DNA of 45,234 nucleotides from a bacterium (lineage in GTDB: Bacteria > Patescibacteriota > CG2-30-54-11), in assembly GCA_029573015.1 (NCBI GenBank), contig JAKQHK010000077.1:1-45234 (forward strand). Reading direction: 5' to 3'. This document shows positions 9,749-19,504 of this stretch, piece after piece. Under the pieces are notes generated by a model. The model was not told the origin of the DNA. It was given only the letters and a program-made list of their open reading frames with translations, and did not search any database. Both the position numbers and the translations under genes were made by a program. Numbering within the stretch: the stretch's first letter is position 1; every line of letters starts with the position of its first letter.

Positions 9749-9943
9749 TTATTTGCCTAATGAATTTTTGATCATGCGCGCTTCTGATCCGGTAGTCTGC
9801 ACTGCCTTCCCGTATTTACGGACAGTCCGTCGGGACTTGTGCGCCTTAAGTTTTGCTCCGCCGGCATACAGTCGCACCACCTTGCCGTTCTTCGTGACGC
9901 GGAAGCGTTTTTTGATCGCAGATTTGGTTCGTAATTTCGGCAT
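9749..9943 (-). CDS. rpmI: 50S ribosomal protein L35
   Basis: MPKLRTKSAIKKRFRVTKNGK; lies between infC and rplT. Confidence 0.95.
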   Translation of the reverse strand: MPKLRTKSAIKKRFRVTKNGKVVRLYAGGAKLKAHKSRRTVRKYGKAVQTTGSEARMIKNSLGK

Positions 9944-10025
9944 GACACAACCTATGATTGAATATCTGACAGACAATTTGTAAGCTTAGCATATTTTTTC
10001 GGAAAAGAGAAGATGCTTTTTTTGC

Positions 10026-10553
10026 TTATTCTTCCTTACCCGGTTTGAAAATCATATACAGCATCCGGCGGTCAAAACTAGGGGCAAGCTCCACCTCCGC
10101 CACATCCCGCAAACCATCTTTCATCTTCTGTAAAATATCTCTCCCGAGTTCAGGATGGGTAATTTCGCGCCCCATAAACTTAATCGTTGCTTTAACCTTA
10201 TCCCCACCTTCAATAAATTTTCGAGCCTGATTAATCTTGACATTAACATCATTTTCGCTCGTATTCGGAGAAAGACGGATCTCCTTCAACTCGGCTTTCT
10301 TGGACATTTTTCTGGCTTTTTCCTGCTGTTTTTTCCGCTCGTAGCGCAGTTTATCAAAATCAACCAGCTTGCAGACAGGCGGGTCAGCTTCCGGAGCAAC
10401 CTCGACGAGGTCGTATCCGCGTTCCTCAGCAATGGCCAGTGCTTCGGTTGTTGCCAGGATACCCATCTGGCCACCACGTTCATCGATCAAACGAACATTC
10501 GGTGTTTGGATCTGCTCATTGAGACGCTGTTTTTGTTTAATCGTAACCCTCAT
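10026..10553 (-). CDS. infC: Translation initiation factor IF-3 (start may be ATT at 10541)
   Basis: NEQI...VRLID..G.QMGI, DLVEVAP.A.PPVCKL, KEIRL, GDKVK..I.F.GRE. Confidence 0.98.
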   Translation of the reverse strand: MRVTIKQKQRLNEQIQTPNVRLIDERGGQMGILATTEALAIAEERGYDLVEVAPEADPPVCKLVDFDKLRYERKKQQEKARKMSKKAELKEIRLSPNTSENDVNVKINQARKFIEGGDKVKATIKFMGREITHPELGRDILQKMKDGLRDVAEVELAPSFDRRMLYMIFKPGKEE

Positions 10554-10583
10554 GGTTAATAGATGAAACTCCCAACGCGTATG

Positions 10584-10613
10584 ATTTTACCATCGTTTAT
10601 CGCTATCTGACAA
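10584..10613 (-). promoter_or_regulatory. Putative promoter of infC-rpmI-rplT
   Basis: TTGTCA, 18 bp spacer, then TAAAAT preceded by TGG (extended -10) on the minus strand. Confidence 0.55.
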
Positions 10614-10625
10614 GCTCGCCAGCCC

Positions 10626-11897
10626 CTACAGTACAAGCAGTTTCCGGACTGCGTCTTCATCCACCACCCGCCGGGGAGCGATGAGTGCCAGATTCAATCT
10701 CGCTGTGTCAAACAGCCGCTGGGCAAACCGGCGGATATCCCTGCGCGTTACTGCATCGAACCGTTCAAAAATCTCATCCACACTTTGGATCTTGCCTTCC
10801 AGCAGTTCCTGCATGCCGAGATACTCGATCATGCCCGAGGTGTCCTCGAGGGAAAGCACGAACCGCCCCTTGATGTATTCCTTGGCTTTCTGGAGCTCTT
10901 TTTCCGTCACCAACTCATCCTTCATCCGCCGCAGCTCGACGAGAATTGCCTCCAGTGCCTGATTGATCCGATCCAGATCCACCCCCGCCTGAACATCGAA
11001 TTCCCCGGTATCGTAGTAATTGCTGATATCAGAGTGCACATAGTAGCAGAGTCCCTGCCGTTCCCGCACCGCGATAAACAGGCGCGAACTCATATTTGCC
11101 CCGAGAATGATATTCATCACCCGGCCTGTGTACCGATCCCGGTCATACCGGGAAAAACCACGGGTTCCAATCGACAGGTGCGCCTGCTCGGTTTTTTTGG
11201 GATGGAAGTGAAACACCGGTTCTGTCTGGTGTTCCCTGACCGGAAGAAACTGGATCTGTCGTTTGGCAGGAAAACCGCTGAAATACAATTCAATCTGCTT
11301 AAGTGCTTTTTTGGGATCAAAATCACCTGCCAGCCCGACGATCATATTGTCCAGAGTATAAAGGCTGTTCTTGTAGGCAACCATTTTGGCCCGCGTGGTG
11401 GCGGTGATCGCCTTTTTGGTGCCTACGGTCTTCCAGCCAAGCGGCTGGTCACCCCAGAGGGTCTGTTCATAGATTTCGCCGATATCCCGCATGGGCATGT
11501 CTTCATACATTTTAAGTTCTTCGAGGATGACCCCTTTCTCCCGTTCCAGCTCTGATTCCACAAATGTCGCATTGAGGAGCATGTCTGACAGCACATCAAG
11601 TGTCAAGGCAAGGTGTTTGGAACGAGCTTTGATGTAGTAAATCGTATATTCCTTGCTCGTCCCGGCATTGAACTCACCGCCGATACCGTCGACTTCCTCT
11701 GATATGGCCAGAGCCGAAGGCCGCTTCTTTGTTCCTTTGAAAAACATGTGCTCGAGAAAATGCGATATGCCATTGATATCCCGCTGTTCGTACCGGGAAC
11801 CAGCCCCGACAAATACGGTGCAGGATATGGATTTTACGTCCCGCATGGGCGCAAGCACCACCCGCAAACCATTAGGCAGGACAACTTTTTCAAACAT
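10626..11897 (-). CDS. M16 (pitrilysin-family) zinc peptidase
   Basis: GSRYE, HFLEHMFFKGT (HxxEH), EKGVILEE, SSRLF..VRE..GLCY. Confidence 0.95.
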   Translation of the reverse strand: MFEKVVLPNGLRVVLAPMRDVKSISCTVFVGAGSRYEQRDINGISHFLEHMFFKGTKKRPSALAISEEVDGIGGEFNAGTSKEYTIYYIKARSKHLALTLDVLSDMLLNATFVESELEREKGVILEELKMYEDMPMRDIGEIYEQTLWGDQPLGWKTVGTKKAITATTRAKMVAYKNSLYTLDNMIVGLAGDFDPKKALKQIELYFSGFPAKRQIQFLPVREHQTEPVFHFHPKKTEQAHLSIGTRGFSRYDRDRYTGRVMNIILGANMSSRLFIAVRERQGLCYYVHSDISNYYDTGEFDVQAGVDLDRINQALEAILVELRRMKDELVTEKELQKAKEYIKGRFVLSLEDTSGMIEYLGMQELLEGKIQSVDEIFERFDAVTRRDIRRFAQRLFDTARLNLALIAPRRVVDEDAVRKLLVL

Positions 11898-11913
11898 GCA
11901 TTCTCCTTAAGTA

Positions 11914-12855
11914 TCATTTGTCTTTATGCGAAGCAAGCGTAGTTAATGTAGCAATTTCCTGTGATTCCAGATGAAACCTCAGACAGGCATCGGTAGTGAC
12001 TACCTGCGCCGAAGGGGCGAGACGTCTGCGATCGCGGGCGATGCGGTGCAGCTGGATTTTTTTGCATACGTTTTCTACTATATCACCGAACCAGCCTCCC
12101 AACAACAGTTCCGCGGATCGCTTCACCAGCCGGGAGACGAACGTGTCTTCATAGACTGGAAAAGGCGGATACAGATACCAGGGATATTTCGGCACATAGC
12201 GTCTGATCCAGAGATTGTGCTGTTGAAAATGCCGGTATGTTTCATGTCCGTAACCAGGAACAAGATGGCTGAAAAGATGCGCGGTATACAGCGTCTGATG
12301 GTCAATCTGCAGACCATCCATGGTTACGAAGTGATTGAAGCACAATTTCCCCGCGGTTTTCCGGTCAGTACGGTACATGCCTGTCAACCTGGCAAATCCC
12401 ACCACCAGCATTCTCGTCATCCAGATTCTCTTACTCCGACATACAGTAAATATGTCAATGTCGCTCTCTACACGTGCATTATCCAGGGCTAGTGATCCGG
12501 ACACCCCCAGCATACGAATGAATGGAAAAAAACGATAGATAGCTATATAGGTGCGGGCTCGTTTCCAGTAGCGCGCTGCCTGCTGACTGCGCTGCTGGAA
12601 GGCATCGAGCAGGTGCTGTCTGCCAGAAAGCGCATGCAACCCGTGTGCAGTAATCAGATGACTGCGGACATATGAACTGCTAGCAAGCGTGTCCTGCAGT
12701 TCGGCGAGGGTAACGGAAGCAATACCGGAATACTGACCAGCATCCGGATTATGAAGATACAACCAAAGCTGATAGACAGAAAGCGGACAGGCAAACAGGT
12801 CATAATACTGCACGGTACTGACAATAATCTGCTCAAGATCCGAGGGCTGCAGCAT
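11914..12855 (-). CDS. Pol-beta-superfamily nucleotidyltransferase-domain protein
   Basis: GVSGSLA....ESDIDIF (GS-x-DxD motif). N-terminal segment may be a winged helix. Confidence 0.7.
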   Translation of the reverse strand: MLQPSDLEQIIVSTVQYYDLFACPLSVYQLWLYLHNPDAGQYSGIASVTLAELQDTLASSSYVRSHLITAHGLHALSGRQHLLDAFQQRSQQAARYWKRARTYIAIYRFFPFIRMLGVSGSLALDNARVESDIDIFTVCRSKRIWMTRMLVVGFARLTGMYRTDRKTAGKLCFNHFVTMDGLQIDHQTLYTAHLFSHLVPGYGHETYRHFQQHNLWIRRYVPKYPWYLYPPFPVYEDTFVSRLVKRSAELLLGGWFGDIVENVCKKIQLHRIARDRRRLAPSAQVVTTDACLRFHLESQEIATLTTLASHKDK

Positions 12856-13337
12856 TATTTCTCCCAGATGCTCCAGACAATGCTTTTTAACCAGACGATG
12901 GAACGTTCAATCCCGTCGGGAAGATAGACCCAGCGCCCGAGACGTTTCTGGAAATAATAATCAGCACGCTGTCCGGTAAAACGGTTGCCGTTCGGTGCCC
13001 GGTAATCCTGTACAACCTGGACGATCACCAGCTCCCCGTACTGGCGGACTTTCTGAATCTCATACTCGGTTATCTCGCCCCAGAGCGACATCTCGCTCTC
13101 GATCTCGGCGGTTTCCTCGAAATCTCCCGACAAACCGAGGCATTCCCGATAGGTGGCATAATCCTCTTCATTGCGTGCCCAGATATATGTCTCCAGCGTT
13201 GCATCATAGCTGTCGAATACTCCCGGGGTTTCCTGCCGTAACGGTTCTGGCTCTTTGACTACTGCCTTTTCAAAAAGCAGCAAGCCGACGATAAAGACTA
13301 CGATAATAATACCAAAGCAGCCTAATACCTGTTTCAT
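12855..13337 (-). CDS. Hypothetical membrane-anchored protein
   Basis: N-terminal TM helix, then a helix/strand pattern suggestive of an NTF2-like fold. Stop overlaps the start of the next gene. Confidence 0.6.
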   Translation of the reverse strand: MKQVLGCFGIIIVVFIVGLLLFEKAVVKEPEPLRQETPGVFDSYDATLETYIWARNEEDYATYRECLGLSGDFEETAEIESEMSLWGEITEYEIQKVRQYGELVIVQVVQDYRAPNGNRFTGQRADYYFQKRLGRWVYLPDGIERSIVWLKSIVWSIWEK

Positions 13338-13375
13338 ACTGATCAAAAATCTAAGTAAATAAGTGCCTGCACAGC

Positions 13376-14029
13376 TTACAAGTCATCCAGCAACTGCTGG
13401 ATATAGGTCGTTAACGTTTCCAGATCACGGGAGCCGCTGTATCTGAGACCATTGATAAAAATGGCCGGCGTACCGGGTATGTCTAATGCTGCGCCTGCCT
13501 GATAATCTTCTAAAACATTCTGTCTGTACTGCTGTGTAGTCAAAGCCTCAGTAAAAACAGTCAGATCCAGACCAAGCTGCTCAGCATACCCAAGCAAATG
13601 CTCCTGATCATACATCCCATAATTCGCCCAGAGCAGATCCTGGTATTCCCAAAATTTCCCCTGCGCTCCCGCAGCCTCATTGGCTTCCATGGCCAGCAGC
13701 GAGGTACTGGCTTCCCCGTCGAGCAGGAAATGGCGATGGATAACCCGCACATCATCAGGGTAGCGCTCCCGGAGCAGCGGCCAAACCGAAGCAAAATCCC
13801 GGCAATGGCTGCAGTTGAAGTCTGAGAATACAACCAGTGTGATCCTGGCCGTATCCGGACCTGCCTGCCAGGGAGCCTCCCCCACTACCAGACTGCTATC
13901 TCGCGGCTGTGCTTTTTCTTGCTGGGTCGCCACCGCAGCAAATCCTATGATGACCATACTAAGCAAAATGGTAATACTGACGATGATCGCGGTTGATCTG
14001 TCCTTGTGTTTCGATTTTGTTTTTCCCAT
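13376..14029 (-). CDS. Membrane-anchored DsbA-family thiol-disulfide oxidoreductase
   Basis: FSDFNCSHC (CxxC), QGKFWEY, GTPAIFING. GGAGG RBS before ATG 14029. Confidence 0.92.
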   Translation of the reverse strand: MGKTKSKHKDRSTAIIVSITILLSMVIIGFAAVATQQEKAQPRDSSLVVGEAPWQAGPDTARITLVVFSDFNCSHCRDFASVWPLLRERYPDDVRVIHRHFLLDGEASTSLLAMEANEAAGAQGKFWEYQDLLWANYGMYDQEHLLGYAEQLGLDLTVFTEALTTQQYRQNVLEDYQAGAALDIPGTPAIFINGLRYSGSRDLETLTTYIQQLLDDL

Positions 14030-14109
14030 CGGGTCCTCCGAAAATATCCGTATCTGTAAGTATCCGCAGCCTATAATACCAGCAAACCGCGGGATTGGAC
14101 AGATAGAAC

Positions 14110-14137
14110 GAGGACCTCCGCTTTCGCGGAGGTCCTC
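14110..14137 (-). terminator. Strong hairpin downstream of the ExeA-like gene (probable terminator)
   Basis: Perfect 12 bp stem GAGGACCTCCGC/GCGGAGGTCCTC with a GAAA tetraloop on the minus strand. The U-tract is weak (GTTCTATCT). Confidence 0.65.
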
Positions 14138-14164
14138 AGAAAAAAACATGAAAATCGAGTCAAT

Positions 14165-15100
14165 CTAACTATTTTTTTTCGGACGACCGGGTTTGCGCTT
14201 CGGACCCTGGGGCGGGCGACCGCGTTTGCCCTTTTTGGGTGTCAGGGGCTTCTCACCATTCTGCAACGACATCTCCAAATGTGACATACCCATGACCTTC
14301 TCAGCACGAACGATATCCTCTGCCCAGACCTGATCGCCATCACGCATCATCGCTTCATACAACGCTTTATCCGCAAGACGATTAACAACCCGCGGAACGC
14401 CTTTACTCCGCACATACAGCTCTCTCAGGGCATCCTGGGAAAAAGGCTGCTCTTTCAATCCGGCGATGTGAAAGCGAAATTCGATTTTTTTCACCATATC
14501 ATCGTAAGTCAAGGGTTCCAGCGCTGATTCGATGGCGATCCGCTCGGCAAGGTTCTTGGAACGGGGATCCCGCAGCTTGTCACGCATCTCATGCCGGCCG
14601 AAAACCAGCACCTGCAACAGCCCTTTCTCGTCGCGGTCTTTGAGTTCCAGCAGGTCGGATATTAAAGCATACAGCTCCTCTTTCATGCGTTCCCCATGAT
14701 CAACGATGAGCAAACAGGTTTTTCCTTCGTCCGCAACCTTTTTTTCAAGAAAACTGGAAAAGATCTGCATACTGTCAGCCATGGCTTTCTGGGTTTCGCC
14801 GACATCAAATTCCTGGATGATGGCACGCAGCATACGATTGTCTGTCTTGTACTGCGGATCCGCAAGCAGGACTGTCTCAAAATCCTGCTGGTCAGCAAAG
14901 CGCTGGAACAGGATACGCGACAACGATGTTTTCCCCGTCCCCGGACTGCCGTAGGTCACACCCAATCCGAGCTTGTTCTGGGCAGTGAACTGATTTTTAT
15001 CCATGGCTGTCTGATGCTGATCCGTCAGATAGAAAAAACGCGGATCAGGATGGGTGGAAAACGGTATTTCTTTAAGATCAAAATGCTTTTTGTACGGCAT
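14165..15100 (-). CDS. ExeA/GspA-family AAA+ ATPase with basic AT-hook-like tail
   Basis: HFDLKEIPFSTHPDPRFFY N-terminus, GSPGTGKT Walker A, LLIVDH Walker B, LQVLVFG, GVPRVVNRLAD. Confidence 0.85.
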   Translation of the reverse strand: MPYKKHFDLKEIPFSTHPDPRFFYLTDQHQTAMDKNQFTAQNKLGLGVTYGSPGTGKTSLSRILFQRFADQQDFETVLLADPQYKTDNRMLRAIIQEFDVGETQKAMADSMQIFSSFLEKKVADEGKTCLLIVDHGERMKEELYALISDLLELKDRDEKGLLQVLVFGRHEMRDKLRDPRSKNLAERIAIESALEPLTYDDMVKKIEFRFHIAGLKEQPFSQDALRELYVRSKGVPRVVNRLADKALYEAMMRDGDQVWAEDIVRAEKVMGMSHLEMSLQNGEKPLTPKKGKRGRPPQGPKRKPGRPKKNS

Positions 15101-15176
15101 ATTTTCCTTTTTTATTTATTAATATTCAAAAAATCATTACTATTATAGCATTATATCTATAAATGTAAATATTTAT

Positions 15177-15204
15177 TTGACAGTTTTTTCAGAGCAAGTA
15201 TACT
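15177..15204 (+). promoter_or_regulatory. Sigma70-type promoter of the yidC-like gene
   Basis: TTGACA, 16 bp spacer, TATACT, followed by an AAAGGA RBS and ATG 15225. Confidence 0.7.
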
Positions 15205-15224
15205 TTCCTGAGAAAGGAACTGCT

Positions 15225-16061
15225 ATGAATGCTATCACTACTGTGATAAATCAAATCGGCTATCAGGCATTTTACCGGCCGATCTATAATGCCCTCCTGC
15301 TACTCTACGGCTTATTTGAAGAAGCTGTCAGTATGGGAGTGGTGATCGTTGTCTTCGCGGTTTTGCTGCGCCTGATCCTCTTGCCTCTCTCCCTCATGCA
15401 AAATATCTCACCAGCCCTGCGATCTGATGTTGACCAGGCCATTCGCGCCATCCAAGAAAAATATCCGAACAATCCGGAGATGGAGAAAAAACTGACCCGC
15501 AAACTCCTGGGAGAAAACACCGGCTCACTCATTGCTTCGATGCTCACCCTGCTCATACAGACCATTGTTTTCTATGCGCTCTATCTCGTCTTCACGCAGG
15601 GCGTACAGGACGAAACAGGCAAAGCGCTCTACCAGTCGGTGGAACAGCCGATCCAGGTTAATTATGTATGGCTGAAAAAAATCGATATCCGCTCCCCGCA
15701 CCAGTTCCTCACGCTACTCACCGCTTTCCTCATCTTCATCAGAACGACATTAAATATCTTTGTTGATTTGCGCAGCACGCGGCGACAGGACAAATTCCTG
15801 CAGTACTTCCTTCCTGTCGGGGCATATATGCTGCTTATCCGCGTACCCGCCGCCCTGAGCATCTTTATCATCACCATCATGACATTCAGTATTGCAATCA
15901 TGATCATCCGGGAAATTGCCGGATTTATTGCCAAAAACTTTACCGCAGAACCACAGGCAGACGACACAACTGAGCGACTAGGACTTTTCCCGGACAGCGT
16001 CATGCCGGTGGATGACGACGGAACGAAACAAACGCAAGACGTGCAGGTTGAACAGAGATAA
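15225..16061 (+). CDS. YidC/Oxa1-family membrane protein insertase (short, divergent)
   Basis: YRPIYNALLLLY, MGVVIV....LRLILLPL, IQEKY.....E, LLIQ..VFYALY, PAALSIF. No large periplasmic domain. Confidence 0.75.
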   Translation: MNAITTVINQIGYQAFYRPIYNALLLLYGLFEEAVSMGVVIVVFAVLLRLILLPLSLMQNISPALRSDVDQAIRAIQEKYPNNPEMEKKLTRKLLGENTGSLIASMLTLLIQTIVFYALYLVFTQGVQDETGKALYQSVEQPIQVNYVWLKKIDIRSPHQFLTLLTAFLIFIRTTLNIFVDLRSTRRQDKFLQYFLPVGAYMLLIRVPAALSIFIITIMTFSIAIMIIREIAGFIAKNFTAEPQADDTTERLGLFPDSVMPVDDDGTKQTQDVQVEQR

Positions 16062-16081
16062 AAAAAGTAGTATCAGCAACC

Positions 16082-16600
16082 ATGTCAAAAAAAAACCGCA
16101 AAACCATACAAAAACCATCCGCACCTCGCAGGCGCTCTGCACCCTTCTTTATCTACGGTACGGTCTTTGCTGTCCTGTGCATACTGCTCCTCATGATCCT
16201 TCACACGGAAACGCCTGTAACAAGCGGGGAGGAAGCTCCCCTCTCGTCCGTCCCTGCCCCGGAACCTGTTACTGAAACAGCTTATATAAGTCTTACCGCG
16301 CCGGAAGCACACGAGCGCCTGCAGCAGGAACCGTGGCAAATACTTGATGTTCGTGAAGATAGCGAATATCAGAGCGGACACCTGCAAAACTCGCTCCATA
16401 TTCCTATGGATCAACTATCTGAAAGAGCAACGCAAGAGCTTGACAAAACAGCACCAGTGCTGGTGTATTGTCGATCTGGCAACCGCAGTGCAGTTGCAGC
16501 TGAGATACTCATCAATCTCGGTTTCGATCAGGTAATCAATCTCGACGGGGGAATCGTTGCCTGGCAATCCGGGGGCTATGCTGTGCAAACTAACGAGTAA
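16082..16600 (+). CDS. Membrane-anchored rhodanese-domain protein
   Basis: ILDVRE..EY..GHL, VYCRSGNRS, NLDGGI.AW; N-terminal TM. Confidence 0.93.
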   Translation: MSKKNRKTIQKPSAPRRRSAPFFIYGTVFAVLCILLLMILHTETPVTSGEEAPLSSVPAPEPVTETAYISLTAPEAHERLQQEPWQILDVREDSEYQSGHLQNSLHIPMDQLSERATQELDKTAPVLVYCRSGNRSAVAAEILINLGFDQVINLDGGIVAWQSGGYAVQTNE

Positions 16601-18641
16601 ATCCTTCAAAGCGTGGTCGCTTCGATCTTTTCCGCTTCAGCAGAGCCGCAAACAAACCTGCTGCTATAAGCAATCCACCCCCGCCAATACCGGCAATGAT
16701 TACGAACGTATCATTTTTTTTGCCTCTGGCAGGATCTAGAGGTGATATATCGCGTCCATCAATTACGCCATCACCATCAGTATCCGACTGTAACGGGTCA
16801 AATCCCTCCCGGATCTCGGTGCCGTCATCGATACCGTCTGCATCTGTATCCTTGTTCGTAACATCTGTACCCAACCGGTATTCTTCTCCATTGACCAATC
16901 CATCAGCATCGGCATCCCAGGTCGCATCTTCGGCATCGGCAGGGTTCAGTCCATGCGTTTTTTCAAAATTATCAGGCATGCCGTCCTCATCGCTGTCACT
17001 GTGTTCCTGAGGATCTAGTGGAAATTCATCCTTGGCATCATCATAGCCATCAGCATCCGTATCGCTTTTCGTCGGATCCGTACCCCGCAGATATTCATCT
17101 TTGTTCGTTAATGTGTCTCCATCCAGATCCGCCTCTCCGTCAGCGGGATCGAGGGGATCATATCCGTAACGAATTTCAAACGCGTCGCCTGCGCCATCCC
17201 CGTCCGTATCGGGAGTGCGGGGATCAGTCTTGTAATCAAATTCCTGCTTATTGGTCAAACCGTCCCCGTCGTTGTCAGCATCGGCATCCGGAGCTGTACT
17301 ATCGAGACCATGCTCCTGTTCCCAGGAATCAGGCAGCAAGTCGCGATCATTGTCGAACTGATAGGCTGGATTGACAGGAAAGGCATCCTCTCCGTCTTTC
17401 ACCCCATCACCGTCAGTGTCATCTGTATCTGCTTTCGTCCCCAGCTTAAACTCTTCGAGATTGGATAAACCGTCCTCGTCAGCATCCTCTTCCGCATCAT
17501 TGGCATCAAGCGGATCCAATCCCATCTGCACCTCAAACGCATCCGGCAGGGAATCACCGTCCGTATCGCTGACTTGTGGGTCAGTTTTTGCATGGTATTC
17601 CTCCAGATTGGTCAAGCCGTCAAAATCGCTGTCAATGGATGCATCACCCGGATCTGCGCCGTCCAGCTCATGTGCAGTTTCCCAACCATCCGGCAAGCCA
17701 TCGTCATCGGTATCTGCTTTCAGCGGATCGAGTCCTCGGCTGGATTCCTCCTCGTCAAACAGACCGTCACCATCATCGTCGGCATCTGCGGTATTGCCCA
17801 TGCCGTCCCCATCGGTATCGTACGATTCTTTGGCATCTAGCGGAAAAGCATCCTGACCATCCTTAACTCCGTCCCCGTCTGAATCAGCAACCGCAGGTTT
17901 GGTGCCAGCCTTGTATTCGGCTAGATTGGATAATCCATCCCCATCTGCATCCTGAGCAGCATCACTGTTTGCTGCCGGGTTGAATCCGTTCGTTACTTCC
18001 CAGCCGTCCGGCATACCGTCCGCATCGCTGTCGCTTGTATGTGGATCGGTTTTCTTTTTAAACTCATTAAGATTACTCAAGCCATCCTGGTCGGCATCAC
18101 CGTCTGCATCATTAGCCAGCGGATTCAAGGCATGATTGACCTCCCATCCGTCTCCCATCCCGTCATTGTCGCTGTCCCATTTCAAGGGATCAGTTCCCCT
18201 CGTCTGTTCATCAGTATCGCTCAGACCGTCATTATCATCATCTGTATCGGCAGTATCGCCTGTACCATCCTGATCTGTATCAAGATCAACATACATCGAC
18301 CCCGAGGTCGACAAACCGGTTCCGGCAATGGTGGCTGTGACTGCATGCGTTCCGGTCCCGCTAAATACGACTTCTATCCACGCTCCCCCGCAGTTTTGAC
18401 CGGGTATTAGGGAAAATGTATCCCGCCCGAGCTCAGTTGTACCTTCGGTAAAAACAACCGTACCATTTACATGACTGTTGTCGTTATCACAAACAGTCAC
18501 ATCCATCTTAACCGCCTGCCCTGCTATGCCGCTTCCCGGAGTGAAACGCACCCCCGTGGATTCCAGATACAGATCGGCTGCCCATGCTGGAGAACCAGCC
18601 AGCAAGCATAAAACGCCAATAAAACCAATCAGATATCGCAT
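16590..18641 (-). CDS. Secreted Ca-binding surface protein with TSP type-3-like repeats and C-terminal membrane anchor
   Basis: Signal peptide (SPAWA), Ig/CARDB-like N-domain, many DxDxDGxxD/NxxE...G.DP repeats, C-terminal TM followed by a basic tail. Confidence 0.88.
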   Translation of the reverse strand: MRYLIGFIGVLCLLAGSPAWAADLYLESTGVRFTPGSGIAGQAVKMDVTVCDNDNSHVNGTVVFTEGTTELGRDTFSLIPGQNCGGAWIEVVFSGTGTHAVTATIAGTGLSTSGSMYVDLDTDQDGTGDTADTDDDNDGLSDTDEQTRGTDPLKWDSDNDGMGDGWEVNHALNPLANDADGDADQDGLSNLNEFKKKTDPHTSDSDADGMPDGWEVTNGFNPAANSDAAQDADGDGLSNLAEYKAGTKPAVADSDGDGVKDGQDAFPLDAKESYDTDGDGMGNTADADDDGDGLFDEEESSRGLDPLKADTDDDGLPDGWETAHELDGADPGDASIDSDFDGLTNLEEYHAKTDPQVSDTDGDSLPDAFEVQMGLDPLDANDAEEDADEDGLSNLEEFKLGTKADTDDTDGDGVKDGEDAFPVNPAYQFDNDRDLLPDSWEQEHGLDSTAPDADADNDGDGLTNKQEFDYKTDPRTPDTDGDGAGDAFEIRYGYDPLDPADGEADLDGDTLTNKDEYLRGTDPTKSDTDADGYDDAKDEFPLDPQEHSDSDEDGMPDNFEKTHGLNPADAEDATWDADADGLVNGEEYRLGTDVTNKDTDADGIDDGTEIREGFDPLQSDTDGDGVIDGRDISPLDPARGKKNDTFVIIAGIGGGGLLIAAGLFAALLKRKRSKRPRFEGFTR

Positions 18642-18746
18642 GCGTAGTACTTGCATATCCTGGTACTATCCTATATGTTTTAAGTGAAAAAAACCCTAGT
18701 CAGGATAGCATGCAGCCTGCAAAAAGTCTATTTAAGAAAGGATCAC

Positions 18747-19493
18747 ATGACCACATTAACTGTTCTCGCTTTCTCTGATCTGCATGGGAATAAAAATGCT
18801 CTCACCGCCATCAGTGATGAACTTAATCAACATACGTATGACCTGTGTCTGGTTGCGGGAGATCTGACACATTTCGGGGATGCTGATGATGCGAGAGAAA
18901 CAATAGAACAGCTGAACGCTACCGGCACTCCGCTCTGTTTCATCCACGGCAACTGTGATCCGGAGAGTACCCGTAACGTTTATGAAAAGCACCCCGGCTA
19001 CGTGCATAACCAAACCAGACAGCTACAGGAGTGTCTATGGGGTGGTTACGGCAATGTGCCGGTAACTCCGTTCGGCACCCACAATGAGGTAGACGAAACA
19101 GTTATTGAGCAAGACCTGATTGAACTGCTTTCAGCGAGACCAACGAGAGAAGCACAGCACCTCTGTCTCATCACTCACTCCCCGCCCTATGGGCTGAATG
19201 ATCTTACCCCGACTGGTCAGCATGCGGGCAGCAAAGCTCTGAGAACTATCTGCGATACATATCAACCGGCCCTCATGCTTTCAGGCCATATCCACGAAGC
19301 TGCTGGTATAACGGTCTATAACTATGCGACCAAGACGATAGCCCAGCAGTTCGCATTCGACAGCAATACTAAGAATTTTCATGTCAAACAGGAGCCGCAC
19401 CATGGTATTTTCCTGAATGTCGCGGCTGCCCGCAATGGGCATTTTGTCTCGTTGCAGCTAGATGAAACCCATGTTCTGGTACATCGATGGTAA
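18747..19493 (+). CDS. Calcineurin-like metallophosphoesterase (Icc-like)
   Basis: SDLHG, AGDL, HGNCD, THSPP, GHIHE motifs. AAAGGA RBS. Confidence 0.92.
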   Translation: MTTLTVLAFSDLHGNKNALTAISDELNQHTYDLCLVAGDLTHFGDADDARETIEQLNATGTPLCFIHGNCDPESTRNVYEKHPGYVHNQTRQLQECLWGGYGNVPVTPFGTHNEVDETVIEQDLIELLSARPTREAQHLCLITHSPPYGLNDLTPTGQHAGSKALRTICDTYQPALMLSGHIHEAAGITVYNYATKTIAQQFAFDSNTKNFHVKQEPHHGIFLNVAAARNGHFVSLQLDETHVLVHRW

Positions 19494-19504
19494 AAAAATA
19501 ATGA

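Noticed and set aside
10785..11555. 256 aa plus-strand ORF
   Set aside because: Antisense shadow of the M16 peptidase gene.
14030..14149. N-terminal extensions given by the ORF track (DsbA here; likewise GT39, yidC, mvk, purA, purB, rpmI)
   Set aside because: They run through hairpins, promoters or neighbouring genes, and downstream ATGs match the family N-termini, several with a clear RBS.
16700..18290. DNA-level repetitiveness as a mobile or CRISPR-like repeat
   Set aside because: Fully explained by degenerate protein repeats in the Asp-rich surface protein.
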